From the IMG/VR virus record IMGVR_UViG_3300017987_005501: a stretch of DNA of 64,000 nt. One strand, given 5' to 3'. Position numbers and translations under genes: made by a program. The DNA comes from a virus (lineage: Duplodnaviria; Caudoviricetes). Below are positions 48,259-58,116 of the stretch, piece after piece. Below the pieces are notes generated by a model. That model made no database searches, was not told the origin of the DNA, and worked only from the letters and a program-made list of their open reading frames with translations. The first letter of the stretch is position 1; every line of letters begins with the position of its first letter.

Positions 48259-48300
48259 ATTAACATTTTATTACTGTTTAGACAGAAATAATCTGTTAAT
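48259..48300. promoter_or_regulatory. Divergent pair of late-promoter-like motifs
   Basis: Minus strand TAATAAAATGTTAAT (48259-48273); plus strand AAATAATCTGTTAAT (48286-48300). Confidence 0.5.
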
Positions 48301-48348
48301 TCTATCCTATTAGAAAGAGTGTATAAATAACAAAAAGGTATTATTCTT

Positions 48349-49920
48349 ATGGAAGGTCTATTTTCACAACCAAATTTTTATCTCAATATTATTCAAGAAA
48401 TTCTTAATAGCTTAAAAGAGGAAAAACCTACTGTTGATTTGCTAAAGCAATTTAAGATTTCAGAACTACACAGAGCTGCTATAATGTTCCGAGATTTAGA
48501 CCCAAAGTATCAGCCTATTAAAAATAAGGTATCTAAAGCAGTTAAACGGCTCCTTACCAATTCAAAAGGATATAAAGCTAATAGGGAAGGGTTTAAAAAG
48601 GCATTAGTTACTCTTTATAACCTTGATAAAAAATTAAATGCGGATGTTATTAATGATACTGCTACCCTAATTAGCACAGCAAAACCCAAAAAGGACGAGG
48701 GAGAAGCAAATTATTGGGAGGATACAGAAAGAATAAATACTTCTCTCAAAGTATCTGTCTATAATTGGAGGGATGTTCTTAAGTTTGCGGCAAAAAAGAA
48801 AAAGAAAAATCTTGGCGAATTAGAGACCAAACTTAAAAAAGATAAAAATTTAGGTGGGGCTCTTGATCTATCCGGAGAGGCGGCGGAAGCAATAAAGCCG
48901 AAGGTAGAACCAGAAGCTGAAGAGGTAGAAAAACCAAAAAAGCTGGATATCGAAATTAAAGAAGAAGAAAAACCAGAAGATCCTTTGGAGACGACGGAAC
49001 AAAAAGAGGAAGAAACAGAATCCGATAATAAATACGAAGAGTTTAAGGATCACTTAGATAAATTAAACCCAAATAGGGCAGCAATAAAGAAAATCTTAAA
49101 AGAAAAAGACTGGGAAGACCTATTAGATATCGCTTTGGACGAAGAGGCACCCCCAGAGATCAAGGGTGAAGTTATTCCTGCTCTCTTTGAACGCCCCGAG
49201 AGCGATATTCTTCAATTCTCTAAATCTGAAAAACTAGATTCAGGTATATTAAGAGCTCTCTATAACCAAGCTTCTAATTATGAACGAAATTGGAGGGTTC
49301 GAAAAGCAGTGGCTGAACATAAAAATGCACCCAAAGAAGTTATTTTAAAAGCTGCCCAAGATAACGATTACAGAGTTAGGCTTGGAGCTGCGGGAAACCC
49401 AGAGCTTGATAATCCAGAAATTATTAAAAAATTAATAAAAGACACAAATTCGGAGGTAAGAGAAGAGTTAATTCGTAACCCGCATACCCCGGAAAAGTTT
49501 ATTTCTAAATTATATGATCGGATTCGCGGCCAAAAAGGTATTCAGTCCTACGAAGACAAAGTAATTTTATTATCTCAACATAAGAATTTATCAGGGGAGC
49601 AGCTCCTCGAGCTTTTAATTGATGCTGCGGAAGATCTAAAATTAGATAAAAAATTAAGATGGAAAGACCCTAAACTCCGCTCTGTAAGAAAAGACTCCAT
49701 TTCTCTCCAAATTGTAATTAATATTGCTAATAATTCTGGATTAGACCCAAGGGTTTACGCAATACTCGGAACTAGTATACGGCCAGAAATTAAAATGGCT
49801 GTTGCTAATAATGCAGCAGCACCAAAACACCTATTAGAAACATTAACAAAAGATTCTGACCTTGGGGTTTCTGCTGCCGCAAAGCAAACTCTTGAAAAAA
49901 TTACAGAAAATAAGGGCTAG
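48349..49920 (+). CDS. Protein with leucine-rich-variant/HEAT-like repeats
   Basis: Repeats such as WRVRKAVAEHKNAP, YRVRLGAAGNP, EVREELIRNPHTP, EIKMAVANN. Confidence 0.65.
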   Translation: MEGLFSQPNFYLNIIQEILNSLKEEKPTVDLLKQFKISELHRAAIMFRDLDPKYQPIKNKVSKAVKRLLTNSKGYKANREGFKKALVTLYNLDKKLNADVINDTATLISTAKPKKDEGEANYWEDTERINTSLKVSVYNWRDVLKFAAKKKKKNLGELETKLKKDKNLGGALDLSGEAAEAIKPKVEPEAEEVEKPKKLDIEIKEEEKPEDPLETTEQKEEETESDNKYEEFKDHLDKLNPNRAAIKKILKEKDWEDLLDIALDEEAPPEIKGEVIPALFERPESDILQFSKSEKLDSGILRALYNQASNYERNWRVRKAVAEHKNAPKEVILKAAQDNDYRVRLGAAGNPELDNPEIIKKLIKDTNSEVREELIRNPHTPEKFISKLYDRIRGQKGIQSYEDKVILLSQHKNLSGEQLLELLIDAAEDLKLDKKLRWKDPKLRSVRKDSISLQIVINIANNSGLDPRVYAILGTSIRPEIKMAVANNAAAPKHLLETLTKDSDLGVSAAAKQTLEKITENKG

Positions 49921-50067
49921 AAGTAAAACTCTTTTCGAATTTGCTAATAATCCATTAATAAAATTCCCCTATTTGAAGAATTTATGCGTCGAATTTTTCA
50001 TCGGGGGCAGCTCTAAAGTGTTTCAACTACACTCCTTGAACTTCTATATTAGGAGGATTAAGTTGCA

Positions 50068-50565
50068 ATGAAAAATAAAGTAGCAAGCCTAATTAATCAA
50101 ATCCGGAAGTGTGCTGCGGATTTAGAATATTTAGCAGAAGAAGAGGAACTAGGATTCACTGCTGGGATTAAGGAACAAGAAGAAAAAATTGCTAAGCGAA
50201 TCGAAAGAATTGCTGGCGAATTTGAAGACATGGACCTTGATATCAGTAGCCTAGGTGAAAATGCTTCTTCAGAAGAGGAAGAAGTTGTCAAAGAGGAAGA
50301 AGAAGTCGTTGAAGACGAAGTCGTTGAAGACGAAGACGAGGTCCTCTCTGATGATGGAACCGAAGATGAAGAAAAAACCGTAAAGGAAGCAAGCCAGAAC
50401 TATGTTAAAGTTGCTTGTGTCTGCACACGTTGCAATAGTAAAGAAGTTGTTGCAATGACCAACGATGAGCTCGGAGAGCTTAAGAGCGACATCGAAACAA
50501 ATTCTGGGGAAATTTTCGGGCCAGAATGCGAAGCTTGCGATGGAGAGTTAATCCCAGAAGAGTAA
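50068..50565 (+). CDS. Acidic protein with C-terminal Zn ribbon; candidate head protein
   Basis: KVAS/RIA motifs, E-rich, CTRC...CEAC. Late motif at 49945. Confidence 0.5.
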   Translation: MKNKVASLINQIRKCAADLEYLAEEEELGFTAGIKEQEEKIAKRIERIAGEFEDMDLDISSLGENASSEEEEVVKEEEEVVEDEVVEDEDEVLSDDGTEDEEKTVKEASQNYVKVACVCTRCNSKEVVAMTNDELGELKSDIETNSGEIFGPECEACDGELIPEE

Positions 50566-50591
50566 AAACCCCGAAATTAACATATACATAT

Positions 50592-50626
50592 AAATAGGAC
50601 TGGCTATAATGCCAGTCTTATTTTTT
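50592..50626 (+). terminator. Rho-independent terminator
   Basis: AAATAGGACTGGC / GCCAGTCTTATTT stem plus T tract. Confidence 0.8.
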
Positions 50627-50647
50627 GTATAATTGAAAAAAGGAAAA

Positions 50648-51241
50648 ATGTTTAAAAAAGGCCAACTAGTTTATTATAAGTCTAAAGGCTGTGTCGCTAT
50701 TTATGATGCAGAGATAGATACAGCATCCCTTCTAGGAACAAAATGCTATGGGATCCAAGCCTACCAAGAGAAAGATAATCTCTTTTTACCAACCTTTGTT
50801 CAGCATTTTGAAATAGAAGAAATCCCTACGGTTCAACTTAAGGCTCTTTTAACCCACAATAACCAAACTCTTCGGAAAACTGCAAAAGATAATCTCTCGG
50901 GTCGCGAGTTTACAACAATAGAGGTTTCAGATGAAATTGATATTGGGCTCGTTTTAGAGCTTTTTACTGAATCCTATATCCAAAAAGCTAAAAATAGACG
51001 GAATCTAGAGGAAACAAAAGATAAATTAGCAACCCTCTTTGCTAATATGATGAAACAGGACTTACAGCCTACCCAAATTTTAGCAGGGTGTAATGCTTGG
51101 AGTTGCTTAAAACAAATAGCTAGGGAATCTGATCCTCTTGGAAAAAGTAGCAGTACCCAACATTTCGTTTGGGGCGTTGAATTTAAGTTTGAAAAATCAT
51201 TAGGTCCTTGGGAAATCGAAGCAAAAAGCGAACTACTCTAA
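50648..51241 (+). CDS. Hypothetical protein with weak CarD-like N-terminus
   Basis: MFKKGQLVYYKSKG..I...E......GTKCY.I......LFLP. Confidence 0.35.
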   Translation: MFKKGQLVYYKSKGCVAIYDAEIDTASLLGTKCYGIQAYQEKDNLFLPTFVQHFEIEEIPTVQLKALLTHNNQTLRKTAKDNLSGREFTTIEVSDEIDIGLVLELFTESYIQKAKNRRNLEETKDKLATLFANMMKQDLQPTQILAGCNAWSCLKQIARESDPLGKSSSTQHFVWGVEFKFEKSLGPWEIEAKSELL

Positions 51242-52381
51242 TAACCAAGGCAACTCTATCTCTTTTAAAACTAAGGTTGGGGAAAGAAAAGCTAAATGCC
51301 CCCCAGGAGCGCCCGAGGTTTGGATTTTCAGTTGCTTTTCAATTGGAAGCTCAATCATATCCCCTGGTTTATAAAGATTCCCATTAATCCAAATTTCAAT
51401 ATCATTCTTTATTCCCGTATCTAAAATAACAGGCTGCGTCTTAAAAGACTTAAAAAAAGGTGGTAGGTCGTATAAAACACTGCTTCCCGCGTGCATATAC
51501 ATAGCATCGGTTACGAATTCATCCTGGTATTTAGAGGGATAATAATTAAACCTGTCTTTATAACAATAAGTTTCGTGCTCTAATACCCCCCAAGAAATAA
51601 ATTTATCAACAGGAGTGAATTGAGATAAGTTTATATCGCCAAGGCTCTCTTTTGATTTTTCTAAAAAGAATTTTAAAGCGGGTAGCCTAGTTCGCATCCC
51701 CATTAAGTGGCAAGCACTATGCCCTAAAATCCAATCTATTATTTTAGGAACATTCTCTCCTCCAGTAATTAAGCACTTAATCCCTTTAATATATTCAATT
51801 TTTCCATAAAAAGCAGCAAAGAAGACGCCTTGATCATGCAAAATATTAAAAGGGTTTTCAATGTGTATTTGAAGTTTTTCTAGCAAGGCAGGTAAGTCTT
51901 TTTTAGTGAAAGACGCAATTCCAGTATTAGAGTTCGGAGTGACTGAGTCTTCGTAAACTCCAAATAATTCCTTATACTTATCCCCGTTGGGGCCTAGACT
52001 GCTTCCCCAGTCCCGTAGACAGGTTACATCAGACATACAAATTTTTCTGAGGTCTGCTTCCCAATTGTTATAAAAAAAGATATCTGAATCAAAAACAATT
52101 ACTCTTTCAGCCCCATATTTTTCAAACCCCAATTTAAACCCATCTAATTTAGATAAAACGATATTCCGGTCTATTGGTAGATCGTAGGGGGATATATTTT
52201 CAATAAAGATATTTGGTAATTCTTTAAGAGAGGCAATATCTTCTTCTGTCAACGACCCATCATTTAGAATGAGATGCGGTAAATCAAACCCCTTCTCCAA
52301 ATGATAGCGCATTGCAAACCAATTAAACTTAAAAATTTCACAATCGCGATGGCACAGTAATGTTGCAAATAAAGGTTTCAT
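51233..52381 (-). CDS. GT-A fold glycosyltransferase (GT8-like)
   Basis: LNDGSL, SKL, FDSDIFF (DxD), NTGI, DQG motifs. Confidence 0.7.
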   Translation of the reverse strand: MKPLFATLLCHRDCEIFKFNWFAMRYHLEKGFDLPHLILNDGSLTEEDIASLKELPNIFIENISPYDLPIDRNIVLSKLDGFKLGFEKYGAERVIVFDSDIFFYNNWEADLRKICMSDVTCLRDWGSSLGPNGDKYKELFGVYEDSVTPNSNTGIASFTKKDLPALLEKLQIHIENPFNILHDQGVFFAAFYGKIEYIKGIKCLITGGENVPKIIDWILGHSACHLMGMRTRLPALKFFLEKSKESLGDINLSQFTPVDKFISWGVLEHETYCYKDRFNYYPSKYQDEFVTDAMYMHAGSSVLYDLPPFFKSFKTQPVILDTGIKNDIEIWINGNLYKPGDMIELPIEKQLKIQTSGAPGGHLAFLSPTLVLKEIELPWLLE

Positions 52382-52492
52382 TTATAGACTCCTGCTTGGT
52401 GAATATAAGATACAAAAGATTAAGAATAATCTATTAATAATCAGTGCTTATTGAAGTTAAAATCAAACTCTTATAAATAAAAGGTATCCCAA

Positions 52493-52849
52493 ATGACTAA
52501 GAAAAAACTTTCAACTATGCTCTTTCGAATCGCATCTGCTATTGAAGCTGATTTCGGGGTAATAGTTCCACCAATGGCACAACCTGTTAATGAAATTGAT
52601 TTTATCCGGGACCAAACAGGACCGCATGGGCAGGGGATGGGCCCAGGAAAAGGTCAAGGTTGTGGTTGTACACAAATGGAAGAAGCAGTGGAAGATGTTG
52701 GGACTTTAAGGATTAGGGAACAAGTAACTAATACCTTAAATAAATACGGAATTGATTGGAGCCAAGATATGGTTAACGAATTAGTTAATTTAATGAAACA
52801 GCCCGAAATAGAAGAACCTGTTATTCCAGCAAATCCCCTTGAACTATAG
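52493..52849 (+). CDS. Small candidate head protein
   Basis: N-terminal KLSTMLFRIASAIEA; late motif at 52424. Confidence 0.5.
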   Translation: MTKKKLSTMLFRIASAIEADFGVIVPPMAQPVNEIDFIRDQTGPHGQGMGPGKGQGCGCTQMEEAVEDVGTLRIREQVTNTLNKYGIDWSQDMVNELVNLMKQPEIEEPVIPANPLEL

Positions 52850-53043
52850 AAAAAACTTTTACCTCTAAACCCTTTCTAGTTTATCCCTGGTCTATTCAAT
52901 TCTCTGCCTTTTCTAAAGCATCCAAAATTTGTTTGTTACTAAATTGATCGTATTTTGACATTTCTTTTTAATAATTCATTAATACTTTGTTTGTTTTAAA
53001 TGAGATTCCGTCTCTAAATAATACTCGAGAAAAGGAAAGAAGT

Positions 53044-54033
53044 ATGAGTTTTATAAAAACTGCAGCAGCAAAAATCGTTAAAGGTCATGAGAGTATCTCA
53101 GTTGAGGATTGGCTAAAAATAGCGGGTAAAGGATCCTTTAATAGTAGAGTTGCTTCTAGAGTTATTAAAAATTACGATCCAGATAAATATCTATTAACCC
53201 ATTGCACGATCATCGCCTCGGTGAACATAGATGATCGTGTCCCCCATTATATTACCCCAGAGACTGAACAGTTTGTTAATAACAATTATGATAGCTGGGA
53301 ATCAGGACTTTTATCGAAGCCAGATGTCTATAAGTCTTTTGAAGGCGCGTACAACTATTTGGAGCATGTACAAGTCCCCAGCCTCGCAAAAGGAAAAGTT
53401 ATCGGAGCAGCCCTAAGAGAGGTGCCTCTCGATAATACAAAGGATCCGGTTTATTTTGTCGATATCTTAGTTGCTACCGATAAGAAGCATTCTGGCTTAA
53501 TCAGCAAAATTAGCTCGGGCCAACTTAATACCTTATCAATGGGTTGCCAAGTTGCCTATACATATTGCTCTAAATGTGGGCATAAAGCTTTCGATGAAAC
53601 CGATTTATGTAATCATATTAAGTACCAAAAAGGAAATCATTTTATTGATGAATTTGGTAAGAGGAGAATTATTGCAGAGCTTTGTGGGCATAAAAAAGAC
53701 CCTTCTTCCGTAAGATTTATCGAGGCTTCTTGGGTAGCTATCCCTGCTTTTTCTGGAGCTGTTTTAAGAAATATTTTAACATTCCAAAATAATGAAGTTG
53801 GAAAAGTAGCAAAACAAAAATATGCAAGGTTAATTGAAGATGCATATAGCATAGACCCAACAGAAGGATTAGAAAATCTTATGAAAGCTGCTTCTACCGT
53901 TAAGGTGGCTTCGACTTCAAATCCTGCAGATCTCGTTCGAAAACTAGAAAATGTTTTCAACAGCCTTAATAATAGAACTCTCCCAAATAAGCTAGCAAGC
54001 ATAGCATCTGAGATTACGAAATTCAAAGGATAA
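53044..54033 (+). CDS. Prohead (capsid maturation) protease
   Basis: YLEH, VDILVA, LSMGC (catalytic Ser), CSKCG...CNH, FIEASWV.PAF. Upstream of scaffold and MCP. Start ATG 53044. Confidence 0.85.
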   Translation: MSFIKTAAAKIVKGHESISVEDWLKIAGKGSFNSRVASRVIKNYDPDKYLLTHCTIIASVNIDDRVPHYITPETEQFVNNNYDSWESGLLSKPDVYKSFEGAYNYLEHVQVPSLAKGKVIGAALREVPLDNTKDPVYFVDILVATDKKHSGLISKISSGQLNTLSMGCQVAYTYCSKCGHKAFDETDLCNHIKYQKGNHFIDEFGKRRIIAELCGHKKDPSSVRFIEASWVAIPAFSGAVLRNILTFQNNEVGKVAKQKYARLIEDAYSIDPTEGLENLMKAASTVKVASTSNPADLVRKLENVFNSLNNRTLPNKLASIASEITKFKG

Positions 54034-54036
54034 AAT

Positions 54037-56121
54037 ATGAAAAAGATTCAAGCTCGGAGAATTAAAACTGCTCAACCTCCAGAAGAAGCCGCACCAGACC
54101 TTGGTGGAGAAGGAGGAGATCTTGATCTCGGGGGTGGTGAATTAGATCTTGGAGGTCTCGGGGGTGGTGGTCTTGATTTAGGTGGGGGAGGAGAAGAACC
54201 CCCAGCAGAATCAGAAGCTCCCTCCGAAGAAGGCTCCGAAGTTGAAAATATAATGTCAAAGCTCGAGGAGAAGCTTCTTAAACGAGTAATGAATCGTATC
54301 CTCGAAGCTTTAGCTACAGACGAAGCTAAGAATCAATTCTCAGACGCTCTCTTTAGCGTCGATAGGATTAATGATTCTTTAGTCGTTTCTAGCGAAAACG
54401 TGTTAAAGCAACTTAGACCTTATAGATCCGTATTTAAGTATATAAAGAGAGATGGAATTAGACCTACTCTTGAAAACCTTAAACCGCAACATCTTAAAAG
54501 ATTTGCTTCCTTAATTAATAAACTTGATTCTTACTTTGGGGCGAAACACATGGATATTAAAACTGCAGCTAAGAACCTAAATAATTTAAGCGCGAAACTC
54601 AAGAGAATTGCAGCTTATCAAGATTATGACCCAATTCCAGAGGATGCTTTATCCGATAGACAAAAATTAAAACTTGATAACGTCTGGACACTAATCACCC
54701 ATCGCTTTAGAAGTGGGGAAGGGCCAGATTATGTTGTTCTTAAAGGGCCACCAGCCGGGAAAGAAACGGTTTGGCTTGAAAACCTAGATAACCTTGGAAC
54801 AGAACAACAGCTTCACCCAGCATTATTTCATGGAAGAGCAGCACCAGGTGCCCAATTTAAGAGTGATGTGAAACCAGTTGGTCTCCATGACGTTAAAGAC
54901 GAATCTGGAAAGACTAAACAAATTGGGATTAATTTCTCAGAACAAGCAGTTAATCGCCTTAGAGGCAAGATCCATGACATTTACAAACAAGATCCTTTTA
55001 TTGCCCATTCTTTTAATCAAATTAATACCTTTAATACTTTGATGAATGAGTATATGCGGATGATTGAAGTACCACGTATTTTTGAAGAATGGAAAAAATT
55101 AAGAGAAGTTTTCAAAATTGTGAAAGAAGGAGGAGAAGCATTAAAGGGAGCAGAAAAGACCCTCGAAAAGATTATGGGTTGGCACCTCCAGCGTAATTCT
55201 ACTTCAGAAAAAGAAAGAAAACGCTATCAAAAGGGAGATTTTAAAACTAAGAACATGCTTTATATTAAAAAAGCAGTTGATGAGCTTAAACAAGCGATTC
55301 GAAAGTTAGTCACGCCCCCAACAACAGATTTCAAAGCAATTAATCGTCTATATAAAGAATTCTATCCAAGGATAAACCTACGTCTTTTGGATAAAGAAGA
55401 AAAAAACCCAGTCACAGAAATAAATAATCTCCTAGAGGTTATTGGTGCCCTCCAACAAGCATGGCTCGAATGGTTCTCAGACCTTCGTAGATATGAAATT
55501 AAAGAGTTAATCCTTGGCGAAAGGCCACTCACAGAGCTTACAGAACCTTTTGGAGAGCTCGCTGGAGAAGTTTCTCAATACCTAGAAACAAGTAAAAAAC
55601 CCTTAGCAGAAGCTAGGGGAGGTGGAGACTGGTTTAAAAGTTATAAATATTATGAGAAATTGTTAGAAAAGATTTCCGAGCTTTATCCTAAGATTTATGA
55701 AGATGCCCAAGAGCTTGATAAGCGCCAAGAAGAATTAGTTGGCATTAATCCCGGATATCAAAAGTTTCTTGATACGTATTATGGAACCCCAAATGCGTTA
55801 ATGAATAGCTTACCCCTAGTGGGAAGCGAAAGCCTTACATTAAATAATGCAGAAGGATATAAAAAAGCATTTCTAGTTATTGCAACGCTCGCAAAAGAAT
55901 TACATAAGGTAGCAGAGGTTATTATTAATCAGGATCCAATTAAATCCGTACCAATGCCTAAGGCGCTTACTATTGAAACAGCAGGTAATTTACCTATTGA
56001 AGCAATCGAGCAAGAACTAGAAACGGAAGAAAAAAGAACCGATTGGTCTGGAATAGCAGAAACAGATTTCGATGCTTCAGCGTATGACGATCTTGACTTA
56101 GAAGATGAGGAGATTAAGTAG
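54037..56121 (+). CDS. Head-associated protein with Gly/acidic scaffold-like N-terminus and unknown C-terminal domain
   Basis: RIKTA, GGDLDLGGG repeats, KTAA, KRIAA; lies between protease and scaffold. Confidence 0.55.
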   Translation: MKKIQARRIKTAQPPEEAAPDLGGEGGDLDLGGGELDLGGLGGGGLDLGGGGEEPPAESEAPSEEGSEVENIMSKLEEKLLKRVMNRILEALATDEAKNQFSDALFSVDRINDSLVVSSENVLKQLRPYRSVFKYIKRDGIRPTLENLKPQHLKRFASLINKLDSYFGAKHMDIKTAAKNLNNLSAKLKRIAAYQDYDPIPEDALSDRQKLKLDNVWTLITHRFRSGEGPDYVVLKGPPAGKETVWLENLDNLGTEQQLHPALFHGRAAPGAQFKSDVKPVGLHDVKDESGKTKQIGINFSEQAVNRLRGKIHDIYKQDPFIAHSFNQINTFNTLMNEYMRMIEVPRIFEEWKKLREVFKIVKEGGEALKGAEKTLEKIMGWHLQRNSTSEKERKRYQKGDFKTKNMLYIKKAVDELKQAIRKLVTPPTTDFKAINRLYKEFYPRINLRLLDKEEKNPVTEINNLLEVIGALQQAWLEWFSDLRRYEIKELILGERPLTELTEPFGELAGEVSQYLETSKKPLAEARGGGDWFKSYKYYEKLLEKISELYPKIYEDAQELDKRQEELVGINPGYQKFLDTYYGTPNALMNSLPLVGSESLTLNNAEGYKKAFLVIATLAKELHKVAEVIINQDPIKSVPMPKALTIETAGNLPIEAIEQELETEEKRTDWSGIAETDFDASAYDDLDLEDEEIK

Positions 56122-56273
56122 GATCGGAACAAAAAAGAATAGTTTTAGTAATAATCTATTACTTTTTTATGCCCAATGTAAGTTCCGTATGTATCGAATA
56201 CGGAAAGCTCCCAAAAACAGAAACGACGCAAATTCTGATTTTTTATGTAGAGCTATTTAGGAGGTTTGTTCAG

Positions 56274-57440
56274 ATGGCTAGACAACGTTTAACCTGGAGG
56301 GCAAAAGAAGCGGGTCACGATAAAAAGGCTGACCCAAATAGCTTAGGCCGTCCTGACAGACAAAACCCACCAGTTGAAAAGTACATGAACTATGATTTCT
56401 CTGTGAATCACCCTTATCCTGATCTTCGCCATCAGTGGCAAACAGATAAGAGAGATGTTACAGGACACCCAGCTCCATTAGAAGAGTACAACGCAAAGAC
56501 AGCTGCCTATTTAACTAAGAAAGCACAAGTTGCTCTTAAGTTAGCAGAAGCTGATCTACCGAAAGCCTCTGAAGATGAGCAAGTCGCTCAAGCCCTTGAC
56601 TATATGGGAATGACCGACGAAGCCCTCATCAGCACATTCGAACGCAGAATGGAAGAAGAGGAAGAAGTTGTTGAGGAAAAGCCAGAAACAACTGAGGAAG
56701 AAGAAGTTGTTGAGGAAAAGCCAGAGACAACTGAAGAAGAAGAAGTTGTTGAGGCAAAGCCAGAAGCAACTGAAGAAGAGGAACCAGCAGAAGAACCAGT
56801 ATTAGAAGCTGAAGTTGAGCTTGAAGTTCCTGAAGAGGAACCAGAAGTCGCTCCCGAAGTCGATGACATGGTCGACCAAGAAGCGGTTGAAAGCATTATG
56901 GCTATTGCTGGGGATGCTAACCAAGAAACAGCGCTCGAAGTTCTCCGCCAGATGGTCGAAACTTTAGACGAAGCCGGTCTCCAAGAATGTATCGCAGCTT
57001 GCAACGCAAAGCTCGAAGTCGAGGAACCCGCCGAAGCTGAAGCAGAAGGCCTTGAAGAGATGCTCGAAGAGCAGCCCGAAGGAGAAGAAGTTGAAGCAGA
57101 AGCTGAATTAGAACTTCCAGAGGAAGAAGAGAATACAATGGGATTTGAGGGAATTGACCTTAATCCAGTTGAAGCAATGTCAATTGCAGACGAAACTGTC
57201 ATGACAGAAGAAGATGAAGAACTTCTTTCACAATTGTTTAACACTGAGAAGAATTCCAGTGTACAGAATATTGTGAAGAAAACTGCGTCCGCCAAGAGAA
57301 ACCCCGCTCTCAAAAAGAAGGGAGCACAGTCTCTAGGTGGGGTTCGCAAAAAAGCCTCAAAAGGTAATGCCGTAAATGAGATCGGAAAACTTGCAGGACT
57401 CTGGAAAACCGATCCCGATGTCGGCCATATTTTTGACTAA
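56274..57440 (+). CDS. Capsid scaffold protein
   Basis: Very acidic with basic C-terminus, directly upstream of decoration and MCP genes. ATG 56274 after GGAGG. Confidence 0.75.
   Translation: MARQRLTWRAKEAGHDKKADPNSLGRPDRQNPPVEKYMNYDFSVNHPYPDLRHQWQTDKRDVTGHPAPLEEYNAKTAAYLTKKAQVALKLAEADLPKASEDEQVAQALDYMGMTDEALISTFERRMEEEEEVVEEKPETTEEEEVVEEKPETTEEEEVVEAKPEATEEEEPAEEPVLEAEVELEVPEEEPEVAPEVDDMVDQEAVESIMAIAGDANQETALEVLRQMVETLDEAGLQECIAACNAKLEVEEPAEAEAEGLEEMLEEQPEGEEVEAEAELELPEEEENTMGFEGIDLNPVEAMSIADETVMTEEDEELLSQLFNTEKNSSVQNIVKKTASAKRNPALKKKGAQSLGGVRKKASKGNAVNEIGKLAGLWKTDPDVGHIFD
56655..56771 (+). repeat. 39-bp tandem repeat x3 (EEEEVVEEKPETT) in scaffold
   Basis: Three near-identical units seen directly. 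Confidence 0.92.
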
Positions 57441-57457
57441 AATGGAGGTAGTTTAGA

Positions 57458-58096
57458 ATGGCTCTTAAAATTCATTATGTAGGTCATCGCGTAAGCCTCG
57501 GATTACTAGACGAAGATGCTTTCACTCGCGTGAATTTCGTCACAGGAACGACTATTAATTCGAGACTAAGTGTGGATACCAATCGTGGTGTCTTAGGAGG
57601 CTCCGTTTGTGTGGTCAAAGGTGAAGATATTATCGGCGGTCCAACCGACCCAGCCGCTCTTCCCTATGATCCAACTACAGAAGGGCACTCCGAACAGCCT
57701 CTCGGCTTGTTTATCAATGACGCTGCCGGGAACGCTTTCGAATCTACCTCCGGTGCGGGGTCAGGTCGTGGACCATATGTTTGCTGCATGGGAACCTATT
57801 CAGTTGACGTGTACGAGACCAATCGTAGGGACGCCACAGGCGCACACACTGCGACAACAATGACTTATGCCGCCGGAGATAGGCTTTATATGGATTGCAT
57901 TAGTGGTTTACTCACTAAGCGTTATCCTGATCAAAATGCTAATGGCGGGTATGCCGCAGGGTTCGCCAATTATGCAGTGGGTGTAGGTAACGGTGGAAAC
58001 GCGATTGCTAACGCAATCCATCCATTGGTTCTTGGGATTGTGACCCAGGCTCCTACCTCTCAAAACCCATACTTACGTTTTAACGAACGTATCTAA
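57458..58096 (+). CDS. Capsid decoration/cement protein
   Basis: Immediately upstream of MCP; PLGLFIND, VYET, TYAAGD.LY, GLLT, LGIVT..P pattern. Confidence 0.65.
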   Translation: MALKIHYVGHRVSLGLLDEDAFTRVNFVTGTTINSRLSVDTNRGVLGGSVCVVKGEDIIGGPTDPAALPYDPTTEGHSEQPLGLFINDAAGNAFESTSGAGSGRGPYVCCMGTYSVDVYETNRRDATGAHTATTMTYAAGDRLYMDCISGLLTKRYPDQNANGGYAAGFANYAVGVGNGGNAIANAIHPLVLGIVTQAPTSQNPYLRFNERI

Positions 58097-58116
58097 TTGG
58101 AAGGAGGAACTGAATA

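Noticed and set aside
56600-57349. 249-aa minus-strand ORF and similar Ser/Phe-rich antisense ORFs (e.g. 4506-4766, 6036-6386, 38974-39249, 50097-50291)
   Set aside because: Shadows of Glu/Asp/Lys-rich plus-strand genes; no RBS or family motifs.
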